Below, one piece after another: positions 19,601-29,853 of a stretch of DNA of 64,000 bases. How positions within the stretch are numbered: position 1 is the first letter of the stretch; each line of letters opens with the position of its first letter. The DNA comes from Candidatus Eiseniibacteriota bacterium (GTDB taxonomy: Bacteria; Eisenbacteria; RBG-16-71-46; CAZEPH01). The stretch covers positions 1-64,000 of the forward strand of contig JBGATO010000014.1 in the NCBI GenBank assembly GCA_044229145.1, written 5' to 3'. The notes beneath the pieces are model-generated. The model did not search any database. It was not told the DNA's origin and saw nothing but the letters and a program-made list of their open reading frames with translations. The translations under genes were made by a program, and so were the position numbers.

Positions 19601-21258
19601 GTGACGTGCACCGCCCGCCACGCGGCGAGTCCCGCCAGGGCGGCGATCAGCCCGAGCCCGGCGGCCGCCGCCAGCCCGAGCGCCAGCGGCCCGCCCGCGT
19701 ACCACAGATAACACCACCACAGGTCGAACCCGCCGAGCAGCTGCTCGGCCTGCTCCGCATCCACCGGCAGCCGCGCCTGCGGATCGTACGTCTGCGGTGT
19801 CACGTGAGGATGGTGCCCGCTCAGATGTTGCTCGAGGTTGTCGACCGCCATCCGCCAGTGTCCGCTCAGCGGCGAGAACGCCGGATTGAAGTGCGTGTCG
19901 GCCATGAAGCGCGGGTCGGTGAACTCGCGCGTATACGGATATTCGCCCGCCGCCCGCAGGTACGACCCGAAGTAGATCGTCACGCCACCGAGTGTGGCGA
20001 CGAGACCGGCGACCGTCAGCCACCGCGCCACCGCGTGCCGCGTGGCCCGCGCGCCGCCCTGCCCCGTACCGAGATACATCGTCACCGGCAGCAGCGCCAG
20101 AGGCACGAACGGCACCAGATAGCGCGGCCCCCACGAGCCGTCGCCACCCCACGCCATGAAGCGCGCGTAGATCGCCAGATTGACGGCGAGCGCGACGAGG
20201 AGCGCGATCGCCAGCGGACGTTCCGCCGCGTTGCGCCGCAACATCAAGGCGAAGCCGGCCGGCGCCATGAGCAGCAGCGGCGCGTACAGGAACACACTCT
20301 TGCCCGACGAGAACAGCAGTCCGTACAGGCCGACCAGCAAGGGCGTAGAAAACGACTCGGGCGACACTTCGTGGCCGTAGCCGCTCGCCAGCGGCGATCC
20401 GAAGCGCGCCGCGTTGTACCACAGCACCAGCGCGCAACAGGCGACCATGGGCACCGCGGCCGCGGCAAGGAGCTGCAGCCGTTCGTCGCGCGGCGCCTCG
20501 CCCACCGCGCCGCCGCCCGGTCCGACCGCGCGGCGATGCCAGACGTCCCACACGCCCCAGGCCACCAGCGGGAGCACCGCGGACGCCATCGCCGACTTCG
20601 CGACCAGCGCCCAGCCCCACGCCAGCCCGGCTCCGGCCATCCACCGCAGTGCGGCGGGCATCTGCCGATGCCGGGCCGCCGCCACACAGCCCAACCCGGC
20701 GACGAGGCAACACGTCGTCAAAGGCTCCGTGAGAAACGTCTTGGCGTACACCCACTGGGGCGTGCCCACGGCGAAGGCGGTCGCGACCAGCAAGGCGCGC
20801 TTCGCCCCGGCCCCGAACGCGATCGCGGTGAGGAAGAAGGCCGCGACGCCGAGCGCCCCGAGCACGAGGTTCAGCGACGACGTGACGGCGCGCACCACGA
20901 ACTCCTGCTTGCCGCGCAAGAAGGCGACACCGCGTGCGCCGGCCGCGGCGGCGAGATCGCCGGCGGCCAAGAACGGGGCCGCCACCACGGCCTGCCCGAG
21001 GCCTGCCTTGGCGTAGAGCCGCCCGTCACGTCCGGGATAGCCGTTGCCGGAGGGAATGGCGATCGTGTGGTCGTGGACCAGCGCGCGGGTGAGCAGGTAC
21101 ATGGTCGTGCCGTCGCTCGACGCGATCGTCCCGGACGCCGTCATCGCGTAGAGCGCCAGCGTGGCGAGGAACAGCCAGAGCGCGGCCGCGCCGGTGCGAC
21201 GGCGAGGGCGCGAGGGCGCGGCGGGACGGGCGGCGGCGCGTGTCGAGTGGGAGGTCAC
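19597..21258 (-). CDS. Polytopic GT-C-fold glycosyltransferase (PMT_2-like)
   Basis: About 10-12 hydrophobic segments; SSDG after TM1, LYAKAGLGQ, LTEP, WGPRYLVP; start approximate. Confidence 0.7.
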   Translation of the reverse strand: MTSHSTRAAARPAAPSRPRRRTGAAALWLFLATLALYAMTASGTIASSDGTTMYLLTRALVHDHTIAIPSGNGYPGRDGRLYAKAGLGQAVVAAPFLAAGDLAAAAGARGVAFLRGKQEFVVRAVTSSLNLVLGALGVAAFFLTAIAFGAGAKRALLVATAFAVGTPQWVYAKTFLTEPLTTCCLVAGLGCVAAARHRQMPAALRWMAGAGLAWGWALVAKSAMASAVLPLVAWGVWDVWHRRAVGPGGGAVGEAPRDERLQLLAAAAVPMVACCALVLWYNAARFGSPLASGYGHEVSPESFSTPLLVGLYGLLFSSGKSVFLYAPLLLMAPAGFALMLRRNAAERPLAIALLVALAVNLAIYARFMAWGGDGSWGPRYLVPFVPLALLPVTMYLGTGQGGARATRHAVARWLTVAGLVATLGGVTIYFGSYLRAAGEYPYTREFTDPRFMADTHFNPAFSPLSGHWRMAVDNLEQHLSGHHPHVTPQTYDPQARLPVDAEQAEQLLGGFDLWWCYLWYAGGPLALGLAAAAGLGLIAALAGLAAWRAVHVT

Positions 21259-21547
21259 GGCCCGCGACTGTAGCCGTCCACTCCGGCCGGCGAAAGTCAG
21301 GACTTGGGGGCCGGACGGATGAGCCCGGCGGGCAGGCCGTAATTTTCCCGCAACCCGAGCCGCGAGACCGCCGTCTAGACCCGAGGCGCCCAGGTTGGGC
21401 CGCGCCATCTCTCCGCCTCCCGCGCTTGCCGGGCCGGAGCCGCGCGGTCCCCCCACCACCTCTGCCGGTCGGTTGCTCCAGCCCGCGCGCCACCCCGCAA
21501 CCTCGCGCCCGCCTCCGGCGGGCACTCGACGCAGGGAGGACATCCGC

Positions 21548-22405
21548 ATGCAGACCCGCGGCTCACGCGTGCGTCGCACGCTCTGGGGCACTCTGGCGGT
21601 CCTGGCCGTCGCCGGCACGGCCGGCACGATCTTCTTCGTGCCGCGCATGGTGCAGGCCGAATTCGACGAATACACGGGCGCCGGGAAGCCCACCAAGACC
21701 GAGACCTTCGACTGGCGCGGCGACATCGCGGCCGGGCACACGGTGGTCGTCCACGGCGTCAACGGGGGCGTGGTGGCCGACGGCGATCCCGGATCGCAGG
21801 TGGTCGTCCATGCAGTGAAGTCGGCACGGCGCCACGATCCGTCCGAAGTGCAGATCAAGTACGACCGCCGCCCGAACGGCGATGTCGTCGTCTACGCGCT
21901 CTACCCCGGCTCGGGCAACCGGTACGAGAACGGCGAGTACCACTCGCGCACCCGCAACAACGACGTCAAGGTCGAGTGGGAGATCCACGTGCCGCGGGGC
22001 ATCGGGCTCGACGTGCACACGGTCAACGGCGGTGTCGACGTCACCGGGCTCGACGGCAACGTCGCCGTCGAGACGGTGAACGGCGGTGTCGCGGTGTCCA
22101 CGCGGGGCACGGCGACGGCGAACACGGTCAACGGCTCGATCCGCGCCGCGGTCGGCGCGACGCGCTGGGACGGCAAACTCGACTTCGCGACCGTCAATGG
22201 CAGCATCCACGTGTCTCTGCCGGAAACCGTGGGTGCCGCGGTCCACGCGGAAACGGTGAACGGCCGCATCAGCACCGACTTTCCGGTCAGCGTGCAGGGG
22301 CACTTCGGCGGCCGCGAGCTCCACGGCATCATCGGCACGGGCAGCGGCGGCTCGCTCAAACTCGAAACCGTCAACGGCGGCATCTCGCTCGATCGCCAGT
22401 CGTAG
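21548..22405 (+). CDS. DUF4097 beta-strand-repeat (putative adhesin) protein
   Basis: Repeated TVNG motifs; N-terminal TM/signal; GGAGG RBS. Confidence 0.88.
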   Translation: MQTRGSRVRRTLWGTLAVLAVAGTAGTIFFVPRMVQAEFDEYTGAGKPTKTETFDWRGDIAAGHTVVVHGVNGGVVADGDPGSQVVVHAVKSARRHDPSEVQIKYDRRPNGDVVVYALYPGSGNRYENGEYHSRTRNNDVKVEWEIHVPRGIGLDVHTVNGGVDVTGLDGNVAVETVNGGVAVSTRGTATANTVNGSIRAAVGATRWDGKLDFATVNGSIHVSLPETVGAAVHAETVNGRISTDFPVSVQGHFGGRELHGIIGTGSGGSLKLETVNGGISLDRQS

Positions 22406-22442
22406 ACTCCCGGACGGGGAATCCCCTTCTCCCTTCCACGGC

Positions 22443-22478
22443 CACGGCGGGGCGCTCCGGCGCTCCGCCGTGTGTGTT
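22443..22478 (+). terminator. Hairpin terminator between convergent genes
   Basis: CACGGCGGGGCGC-TCCG-GCGCTCCGCCGTG followed by TGTGTT. Confidence 0.55.
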
Positions 22479-22483
22479 GCCGC

Positions 22484-23647
22484 TCAGGGCCGGCGCGCGA
22501 ATCCGAGCAGCGCGTCGAGCAAGGGCTCCCAGCCGAAGCGCTCGCGCTGGCGCACGACGCCGGCCTCCCACGCCTCCTGTGACTGCTGCGTGTAGAATTG
22601 CTGCACCGCCGCGGCGATCGCCGGCGGATCGTTGGGCGGCGCGAGCAGTCCGCTCTCGCCCACGGACACCACTTCGGGCAATCCACCCACGGCGGTCGTG
22701 ATGACCGGCCGCCCGAAGCCGTACGCGAGTTGCACGACACCGCTCTGGGTCGCCGAGACGTACGGCAACACTACGACGTCCGCGGCGGCAAAGTAGACGC
22801 CGACTTCGCCGTCCGGGATGTAGTGATCGACGAAGCGCACGCAATCACCCAGGCCGAGCCGTGCCGCGTGTTCGTCATAGGGCGCGCGATCTTCGTAGAA
22901 TTCGCCGACGACGAGCGCGGTGACCTTGCGCGGCGCGCGCGCGGCGCGGATCGCCGGGAGCGCGTCGAGCAGCACGTGCAGACCCTTGTAGGCGCGCACG
23001 TAGCCGAAGGCGAGCAGCACATCGTGATCGTCGGGAATTCCGAGCCGCTGCCGCGCCTCGGCGCGCGAACACGGCAACGCGCCGAACTGCTGATAGACCG
23101 GATGCGCGACGAAGCGAATGTCGCCATGTCGCGCCGGCGGCAGCAACGCCTTCAAGTCCTCGTGCACCGCGTCCGACATCACCACCCAGCCATCGGTCAC
23201 GTCGAACATATAGCGCGTGAACGGCTTGTCGATGATGCGGCGCTCGTGCGGCAGCGCGTTGTCGCACACCAGCACGATGCGCGCGCGGCCGCCATCGGCA
23301 CGCCGCTGCCGCGCCACCCGCGCCAGCGTCCCGAACGACGGGCCGAAGAACGGCGTCCACCACTTGAAGATCACCACGTCGGCCCCGAACTCGCGAATCG
23401 CGCGTCCGGTGGACAGCCACGACAACGGCCCAATCGAATCGAGCACGCGCGGCGCCTCCGCCTTCACCGCCGGCTCCTCGGTCTCGAACTGCGTGTCGCC
23501 GGGAAACAGGAAGTCGGGATACTGGCGCGTGAAGTTGAAGAAGCGCACGTCGTGCGCGGCGGCGCGCAAGCGCTGGTCGAGGATTGCGAGGAACTGCGCG
23601 ATGCCGCCGCGATACGGATACGCGGGTCCGACGAGCGCGACCTTCAT
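22484..23647 (-). CDS. GT4 glycosyltransferase
   Basis: GPAYPYRGGIAQF, FGYVRAYKG, LPYVSATQSGV, VGGLPE. Confidence 0.92.
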   Translation of the reverse strand: MKVALVGPAYPYRGGIAQFLAILDQRLRAAAHDVRFFNFTRQYPDFLFPGDTQFETEEPAVKAEAPRVLDSIGPLSWLSTGRAIREFGADVVIFKWWTPFFGPSFGTLARVARQRRADGGRARIVLVCDNALPHERRIIDKPFTRYMFDVTDGWVVMSDAVHEDLKALLPPARHGDIRFVAHPVYQQFGALPCSRAEARQRLGIPDDHDVLLAFGYVRAYKGLHVLLDALPAIRAARAPRKVTALVVGEFYEDRAPYDEHAARLGLGDCVRFVDHYIPDGEVGVYFAAADVVVLPYVSATQSGVVQLAYGFGRPVITTAVGGLPEVVSVGESGLLAPPNDPPAIAAAVQQFYTQQSQEAWEAGVVRQRERFGWEPLLDALLGFARRP

Positions 23648-24693
23648 CGCGCGGTGCGCCGCCGCGTGCGCCGCGTCGGGCCATCCGGCGTCGCCCAGGT
23701 CGTGAGCCCCTGCGGGTCGAAGCCGAAGTCGACGATTTGCGCACCGTGTTTGGCGAGCGCTTCCGCGACGCGATGCCGCGCGTTCGCGGCGCACAAGAGG
23801 AAGAAGTAACCGCCGCCGCCGGCGCCCGGCATCTTGCCGCCGAGCGCGCCCGCCTTGCGCGCCGCCGCGTACATCTCGTCGATCTTCGGCGACGTCATGT
23901 GCGACTCGAGGCGCTTCTTCGATTCCCAGGCGTCGTGCAACATTTCGCCAAAGTCGTCGAGACGGCCGCGGATGAGCGCCTGCTTCATGTCGCCGGCGCG
24001 CCGCTTGAGATCGTGCATCGCGGCGAGCACGTCGGCTTCGCCGCGTTCGACCGCTGCGGTCTGCCGCTCGATGATCTGGAACGATGCGCGCGTCTGGCCG
24101 AGGAAGCACAGCACCATCCGGTACTCGAGTTCGTGCACGATCTCCGGCTCGATGCGTAACCCGGTGACCACGGTCTCGTGCGCGCCGAACTCGATGAAGT
24201 TGAAGCCGCCGAACACCGCCGCGTACTGATCCTGCTTGCCGCCGGGCACGCCGGCGGCGTCGCGCTCGATCACCACCGCGCGATCGGCGAGCGCATAGCG
24301 GTCGAGCGTGCCGCCGCTCGCGCGCTGCAACGCGCCGAGCAGCGCCACCACCATCGTCGACGAACTCCCGAGCCCGGTACCCGGCGGCGCATCGCTGTGC
24401 AACGTGAGGTCGAGCCCGCGCTTCATCGCCCCCGACTCGCGCACCACCGTCTTCACGAGGTCGAGGGTGCCGTCACGCCGCAAGCGATTGCGCAAATACG
24501 ACGCGCCGTGAATGCCGTAATCGAGCGACGTGATGACGACGCGCCCGTCGCGCCGCGGCTGCACGCTGGCATAGGCGTAGCGGTCGATGGTGGTGGATAG
24601 CACGGCGCCGCCGAACTGCTCCGGGTACGGCGCCACGTCGGTGCCGCCGCCGGCGAACGACAAGCGCAGCGGGGCGCGGCCACGGACGATCAT
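23644..24693 (-). CDS. hddA: GHMP kinase, D-glycero-alpha-D-manno-heptose-7-phosphate kinase-like
   Basis: APLRLSFAGGGTD, PPGTGLGSSS, GKQDQYAA, GAGGGG. Confidence 0.85.
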   Translation of the reverse strand: MIVRGRAPLRLSFAGGGTDVAPYPEQFGGAVLSTTIDRYAYASVQPRRDGRVVITSLDYGIHGASYLRNRLRRDGTLDLVKTVVRESGAMKRGLDLTLHSDAPPGTGLGSSSTMVVALLGALQRASGGTLDRYALADRAVVIERDAAGVPGGKQDQYAAVFGGFNFIEFGAHETVVTGLRIEPEIVHELEYRMVLCFLGQTRASFQIIERQTAAVERGEADVLAAMHDLKRRAGDMKQALIRGRLDDFGEMLHDAWESKKRLESHMTSPKIDEMYAAARKAGALGGKMPGAGGGGYFFLLCAANARHRVAEALAKHGAQIVDFGFDPQGLTTWATPDGPTRRTRRRTAR

Positions 24694-25496
24694 GCGGAGG
24701 TCTCCACGGGACCGGCAAAGCGCGCGAACGGCTCCGGCAGCGCGACGCATGCGCCGGCGTAACTCTCCGGCGTCCCGATGTCGAGGAACGACGGTACCGC
24801 GAACGCGCCGCGCGTCCACGGCGTCTCCGCGCGCTGCATCAACTGTTCGAGCGACGGCTCCTCACTCGTGACGATGGCCTCCAGCGCGATGGTGTCGAGC
24901 AAGTACGCGCCGGCATTGACCAAGCCAGGCCCCGCGACTCCCTTCTCGACGAAGCCAGCGATGCGGCCATCGGCCGTGACGCGCACCGCGCCGAAGCGTC
25001 CCGCATCCTCCACCGGGGCTACCGCGATCGTCTGCTGCGCGTCGAGCGCCGCGTGGTGCGCCCGGAATGCCGCGAGGTCGAGCTCGACGAGCGTGTCGCC
25101 GTTGACCACCAGCGCTTCGCCGACATCGTCGGGCAATCGCTTGCGCGCTTCGAAGGCGAACGCGAGTGCGCCCGCGGTGCCGAGCGGACGCGGCTCCATC
25201 ACCGTCTCCACCGCCAGCGGCCACGGCTTCCAGTCCTTGAGCGCGCGCCGCACGTGACCGGCGCCGACGCCCAGGCACAGCACCGCGCGCTCGACGCCGC
25301 ACGCTGCCAGCCAGCGCAGCTGCACGAGCAGGAACGGCGTGCCGTGCGGACCGACCGGCGCGAGCACTTTCGGCGTGTCGCCAAGCACCGGCTGGATGCG
25401 GGTCCCGAGTCCGCCCGCGAGCACGAACGCCAGCGGCGGCGCGTCCGGGTCCCGCTCGACCGGTGTGTCATCGCGCGACGCGTCGAGGTCGCTCAT
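24690..25496 (-). CDS. Sugar-phosphate nucleotidyltransferase (HddC-like)
   Basis: LAGGLGTR..PK, EPRPLGTAG, NGDT, VNAGAY, FLDIGTPE; coupled to hddA. Confidence 0.8.
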   Translation of the reverse strand: MSDLDASRDDTPVERDPDAPPLAFVLAGGLGTRIQPVLGDTPKVLAPVGPHGTPFLLVQLRWLAACGVERAVLCLGVGAGHVRRALKDWKPWPLAVETVMEPRPLGTAGALAFAFEARKRLPDDVGEALVVNGDTLVELDLAAFRAHHAALDAQQTIAVAPVEDAGRFGAVRVTADGRIAGFVEKGVAGPGLVNAGAYLLDTIALEAIVTSEEPSLEQLMQRAETPWTRGAFAVPSFLDIGTPESYAGACVALPEPFARFAGPVETSA

Positions 25497-26440
25497 GCGT
25501 CCTCGCGCGCGCAGCCGAGCCGCGCCCGTAGCGCCACGCCGACCTTGCGCTGCGGCCGCGCGATCATCTCGCCGAGCAAGCCGAGCGACACGAACTGCAT
25601 CGCCAGCATGATGAGCACGAAGCCGAGCACCAGCATGGGTCGCAGACGGAGCGGATGGCCGGTGGCCCAGTAGCCCGCGAAGTAGGTGCAGATGGCCAAA
25701 CCAGCCCCGAGGAAGAGTGTGCCGATGCGTCCGAAGAAGTGCAGCGGCGACGCCCCACCGCGCGTCAGGAACAACACCGCGATGAGATCGAGGAAGCCGT
25801 TGAGGAACCGCGAGGCGCCGAACTTCGAGCGGCCGTGCTTGCGCGCGTGGTGCTGCACCTTCTCTTCGCCGATGCGGAAGCCTTCGCACGCCGCGAGCAC
25901 GGGAATGAAGCGATGGAGTTCGCCGTACACCTGCACCGTCTTCACGACTTCGGACTTGTACGCCTTGAGGCCGCAGTTCATATCGTGCAGGCGGACGCCG
26001 GTGGTGGCGCCGACCACCGCGTTGAACAGCTTCGACGGCGCGGTCTTGGTGATCGGGTCGTAGCGCTTGTACTTCCAGCCGCTGACGACGTCGACATCGG
26101 ATTCGACGCGGGCCACCAGCTTCGGCACTTCGGCGGGATCGTCCTGCAGGTCGGCGTCCATGGTGACGACGTAACGGCCGCGCGCCGCCTCGAAGCCGGC
26201 GGCGAGCGCGGCGGACTTGCCGGCGTTGCGCCGGAAGATCAGCGCGCCGACGTGCGGGTCGCGCGCCGCCAGATCGTCGAGGATCGCATGCGTGCCGTCG
26301 GTGGAGCCGTCGTCGACGAACAACAATTCGTAGGGACGGCCGAGCGCCCCGAGGACGTCGGTGAGACGTGCGTGCAACTCGGGCAGGCTCTCGGCCTCGT
26401 TGTATGCAGGAATCAGAACCGTGATGTCGGGAGAGTCCAT
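25493..26440 (-). CDS. GT2 polyprenyl-phosphate glycosyltransferase (ArnC/GtrB/DPM-like) with two C-terminal TM helices
   Basis: PAYNE, VDDGSTD, MDADLQDDP, GELHRFIP, GRSKFG. Confidence 0.9.
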   Translation of the reverse strand: MDSPDITVLIPAYNEAESLPELHARLTDVLGALGRPYELLFVDDGSTDGTHAILDDLAARDPHVGALIFRRNAGKSAALAAGFEAARGRYVVTMDADLQDDPAEVPKLVARVESDVDVVSGWKYKRYDPITKTAPSKLFNAVVGATTGVRLHDMNCGLKAYKSEVVKTVQVYGELHRFIPVLAACEGFRIGEEKVQHHARKHGRSKFGASRFLNGFLDLIAVLFLTRGGASPLHFFGRIGTLFLGAGLAICTYFAGYWATGHPLRLRPMLVLGFVLIMLAMQFVSLGLLGEMIARPQRKVGVALRARLGCAREDA

Positions 26441-26444
26441 CGCG

Positions 26445-28847
26445 CTATTGCCCCACGCTGCCCGCGGTGCCGCCGGGCAGCGACGGCGGCGCGGTGGTCG
26501 CCCCGCCCGGCGTCGGCTTGTCGAGCATGGCGCGGTAGCTCTCGAGCATCGTCGCCCACTCCTGGTCGTCCGGGTGGCGTTCCACGTAGCGCGCGACCAC
26601 GCTCATCGCCTCGGCGTTGCGGCCCTTCTCGAACAGCCACGCGCCGTAGCTCTGGTAGAGCGCGCGATAGTCCGGCGCCGCCTCGATGCCGCGTTTCCAC
26701 ACCTTCTCGCCTTCGCCTTCGCGGACCAGCTTGGTGAGCATGTAGCCATAGCGCTGGTAGACGAGACCGTTGTCGGGATGCAACTGCATCATGCGCGTGT
26801 AGTGCGCTTCGGCCTCCGCGGTGCGGCCGGCTTCTTCGAGCAGAATGCCGGGATAGCCGATGACGCCGGGATATTCGGGCGAAATCGCTTCGGCACGCGT
26901 CATCAGCTTCATCGCCGAGGCGAAGTCGCCGCGCACGCGATACTCGAACGCCGATTGCACAAACGCGGCGGCGTAGTTTTCACTCAGCCGCCGCGCGTTG
27001 TCGTCTTTGTAGACGGTCGTGTCCGGTGACCCGTCTGGATTCAGCACTCCTCGCCATTTGAAGGTATGGTCGAGCGCGTACATCGTTTTCTCGAGATCGA
27101 CCCGGCCCTCCGGACCCTTCTCCGGCGTCATGCGGTAGTTGAGACCTTCGAGCACCATCTGGTCGCCGTAGCCGAACTCGCTGCGCGGCACCGTGACCGC
27201 GACGTAGAGCGGCCGCTTCCACCCGTTCGCCTTGACGATGTCGGCAATCGCGAGGTCCTTCACCCATACCACCTTGCCCTGACTGTTGTAGTAGGGCTGG
27301 AGGTCGGCGATCTGCGCCTCGCTCATGGTGTACGGCACCTTGGGCTCGGTGGTCTTCAGCTGCACGTTGTACCAGTTGGTTTGCAGCAGCGAGAGGTTGG
27401 CGACGCGCACGTCGGCGCGATAGCCCTCGACGTACTGCAAGTACCAGAGCGGAAAGGTGTCGTTGTCGCCATTGGTGAACAGGATCGCGTCCTTCGGCAG
27501 CGTCGACAGCATGTTGTACGCGTAGTCGTGGGCGATCCAGAACTCCGAACGGTCGTGGGTCCGCCAGTAGGTACGCACCGGCAGGAAGCCGCTGAGCGGC
27601 AGCGCCAGCGCGAGCACCAGCGGCAAAATCGCCGCCGAGGCACCGCTCGCCGCGACGGAGTTCTTCGCGCCGACCAACCGGTTGATGGCCAACAACGCGG
27701 CCGCCACCGCCATCCCCATCCACACCGCGAAGAACTGGTAGAAGAAGGTGAAGAAATAGTCGCGTTCGCGCACCTCGTGGTCCGAGAAGTTGAGGTAGAC
27801 GACGAGCCCGATCGACGTCGTGACGACGATCACGAACTGCATCCACCACGTCTTCGCCTCGCGCCCGGCGTGCCACACCATGCCGGCGAGTGCGGCGAGC
27901 AACGGCAGCGCGACACCCAGCCCGTGCAAGGGCGAGTGCTCGGGGAACAGCTCGTACTCACCCTTCGTGTAGCGGAAGAACATCTCGTTGAACTGGAATG
28001 CCCAGCTCGTCTTGCGGTGCGTCAGGATGTAGAAGACGCTGCCCTGGCCGTACTGTTCGCGGTTCAACTGCTCCCACAGCGCCTTGAGCGTGCGCGGGTC
28101 GGCTTCGTTGATCGCGGGTTCGAGGTGGGCGCGGATGTAGAGGAAGAACGTCACGCTGGTCCCGAGGACGATCGCCAGCGCGGCGAGGCCGATGAACCGC
28201 GGGCTGAGAACCGAACGCTTGTTGACGAGCAGGGCGAACACCACGAGCCCCGGCGCCACCAGCACGCCGCCAAGGTGGATGCCCATGCCGCCGAGCGCCA
28301 AGATGTAGACGATGGCGAGCAGCAGATTGTCGTTCTTGCCCTTCTCGCGCCCCTCGGCCCAGCGCAAGGCGAGGAACACGCACAGCGCCTGCACCAGCGA
28401 TGCCGCCGAGTAGACTTCCGCTTCGATGGCGTTGTCCCAGAACGAGTCGGAGAAGGCGATGAAGAAGGCGGCGGTCATCGCGCCCGCCATGATGAACAAC
28501 TTTTCGATCTGGTTCGGCGCGTGGCCGAGGCAGCGCACCAGGAGACGCCAGGTGACGAGGAACATCAGGCACACCGCGGTCGCCGACATCAACGAGGACA
28601 GGAAGTTGATCTTCAACGCGACGGTGGCCACCGGAATCAGCGAGAACAGCCGGCCGATCAGCACGTAGAGCGGCGTGCCGGGCGGGTGCGGGATGCCGAG
28701 GATGTGCGAGGTGGCGATGAACTCGCCGGAGTCCCAGAAGGGCACGGTCGGCGTCAGCGTCTTGAGATACACCCCGAGGGTGACCCAAAACACCACGACG
28801 ACGGCGACCCACTTCACCTGCAACAGCTTGGACGCCACCTTATCCAT
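26445..28847 (-). CDS. DUF2723 (TMEM260-like) GT-C membrane protein with C-terminal TPR region
   Basis: WDSGEFIA, HPPGTPLY, AIEAEVY, RERDYF, FTNGDNDTFPLWY; helical TPR-like tail. Confidence 0.9.
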   Translation of the reverse strand: MDKVASKLLQVKWVAVVVVFWVTLGVYLKTLTPTVPFWDSGEFIATSHILGIPHPPGTPLYVLIGRLFSLIPVATVALKINFLSSLMSATAVCLMFLVTWRLLVRCLGHAPNQIEKLFIMAGAMTAAFFIAFSDSFWDNAIEAEVYSAASLVQALCVFLALRWAEGREKGKNDNLLLAIVYILALGGMGIHLGGVLVAPGLVVFALLVNKRSVLSPRFIGLAALAIVLGTSVTFFLYIRAHLEPAINEADPRTLKALWEQLNREQYGQGSVFYILTHRKTSWAFQFNEMFFRYTKGEYELFPEHSPLHGLGVALPLLAALAGMVWHAGREAKTWWMQFVIVVTTSIGLVVYLNFSDHEVRERDYFFTFFYQFFAVWMGMAVAAALLAINRLVGAKNSVAASGASAAILPLVLALALPLSGFLPVRTYWRTHDRSEFWIAHDYAYNMLSTLPKDAILFTNGDNDTFPLWYLQYVEGYRADVRVANLSLLQTNWYNVQLKTTEPKVPYTMSEAQIADLQPYYNSQGKVVWVKDLAIADIVKANGWKRPLYVAVTVPRSEFGYGDQMVLEGLNYRMTPEKGPEGRVDLEKTMYALDHTFKWRGVLNPDGSPDTTVYKDDNARRLSENYAAAFVQSAFEYRVRGDFASAMKLMTRAEAISPEYPGVIGYPGILLEEAGRTAEAEAHYTRMMQLHPDNGLVYQRYGYMLTKLVREGEGEKVWKRGIEAAPDYRALYQSYGAWLFEKGRNAEAMSVVARYVERHPDDQEWATMLESYRAMLDKPTPGGATTAPPSLPGGTAGSVGQ

Positions 28848-29853
28848 CGATTCCTCTCTCTTCCCTCGACTCGCGCGAGGCCGCCGGCGTGCGCGCCGGC
28901 CGCATCGCATTGCGCACGAACAGCGCCGCGCCGCTGAGGCTGATCGCCATCGCCACCACCGCGGTGGTGAGCTGCCAGGCGAACGCCGCCTCGGGCGCGA
29001 GGCCGGCGTGCGGCAACAACTTGGTCGCCGCCCACTCGCGAACTCCCAATCCGTTCAGCGAGACCGGCAACGCGGCAACCACCGCCAGGACGGGCACAAA
29101 CGTCCATAGTGCCGCTTGCGATACCCGGATGCCAAGCCCCCGCGCGACCAGATAGTGCACGTAGAGGCGCAGCACCTGCGTGACCACGGCGATCGCCAGC
29201 ACACCGGCAATCACGCTGCCCCGCCGCGCCAGCGCATGCAAACTGGCGAAGGTCCGTTCGCCGCGCTCCGCCAGCCGCGTGAATCCGAGCGCGCGCACCG
29301 GCCGCAGCGCCCACCGAGTGACCCGGCGGCTGCGGGCGACCAGCAGCGCCGCGCCCGCCCCCACGAAGGTCAGCACCACCGATGCGTAGATGAACGGCTG
29401 GTGCACCTCGCGCATCCCCAGCGGCGCCGCCGCCACCCCGAAGGCGGCGATCACGAACAGGCCGATGAGGCGGTCCATCAGGGTCGCCGAAACCACCGGC
29501 GACAGGCCGGCACTATACCCTGAGACGCCATGAATGCGCGCCAGGTCTCCGCCGACGTTGGCGGGCAGCAGATTATTGAAAAACAGCCCGATGTGAAAGC
29601 TGGCGATGATCTTGGGCCAGGGCGCCGCCAGCCCCTGCGCCCGCAGCAGCAGGCCCCATTGCAGGCTTCCCGCCAGATTGCTGAGCACCAGCACGAGCGC
29701 GGCCGCCGCCAGCCAGCCGAGATTGGCATGGCGCACCGAGTGCCACACCGCCTGCGTGTCGAGCCGCGCGAGCAGCAGCACCACGATGGCGAGCGACAGC
29801 CCGCTCTTGAGCACCGTGCCGCCGATGCGGCGAAGCGCGTCCCGCATCAGCAC
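28840..29853 (-). CDS. UPF0104 / LPG-synthase-TM flippase-like membrane protein
   Basis: GLFFNNLLPANVGGD, DRLIG, LPVSLNGLGVRE. Confidence 0.88.
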   Translation of the reverse strand: MLMRDALRRIGGTVLKSGLSLAIVVLLLARLDTQAVWHSVRHANLGWLAAAALVLVLSNLAGSLQWGLLLRAQGLAAPWPKIIASFHIGLFFNNLLPANVGGDLARIHGVSGYSAGLSPVVSATLMDRLIGLFVIAAFGVAAAPLGMREVHQPFIYASVVLTFVGAGAALLVARSRRVTRWALRPVRALGFTRLAERGERTFASLHALARRGSVIAGVLAIAVVTQVLRLYVHYLVARGLGIRVSQAALWTFVPVLAVVAALPVSLNGLGVREWAATKLLPHAGLAPEAAFAWQLTTAVVAMAISLSGAALFVRNAMRPARTPAASRESREERGIDG

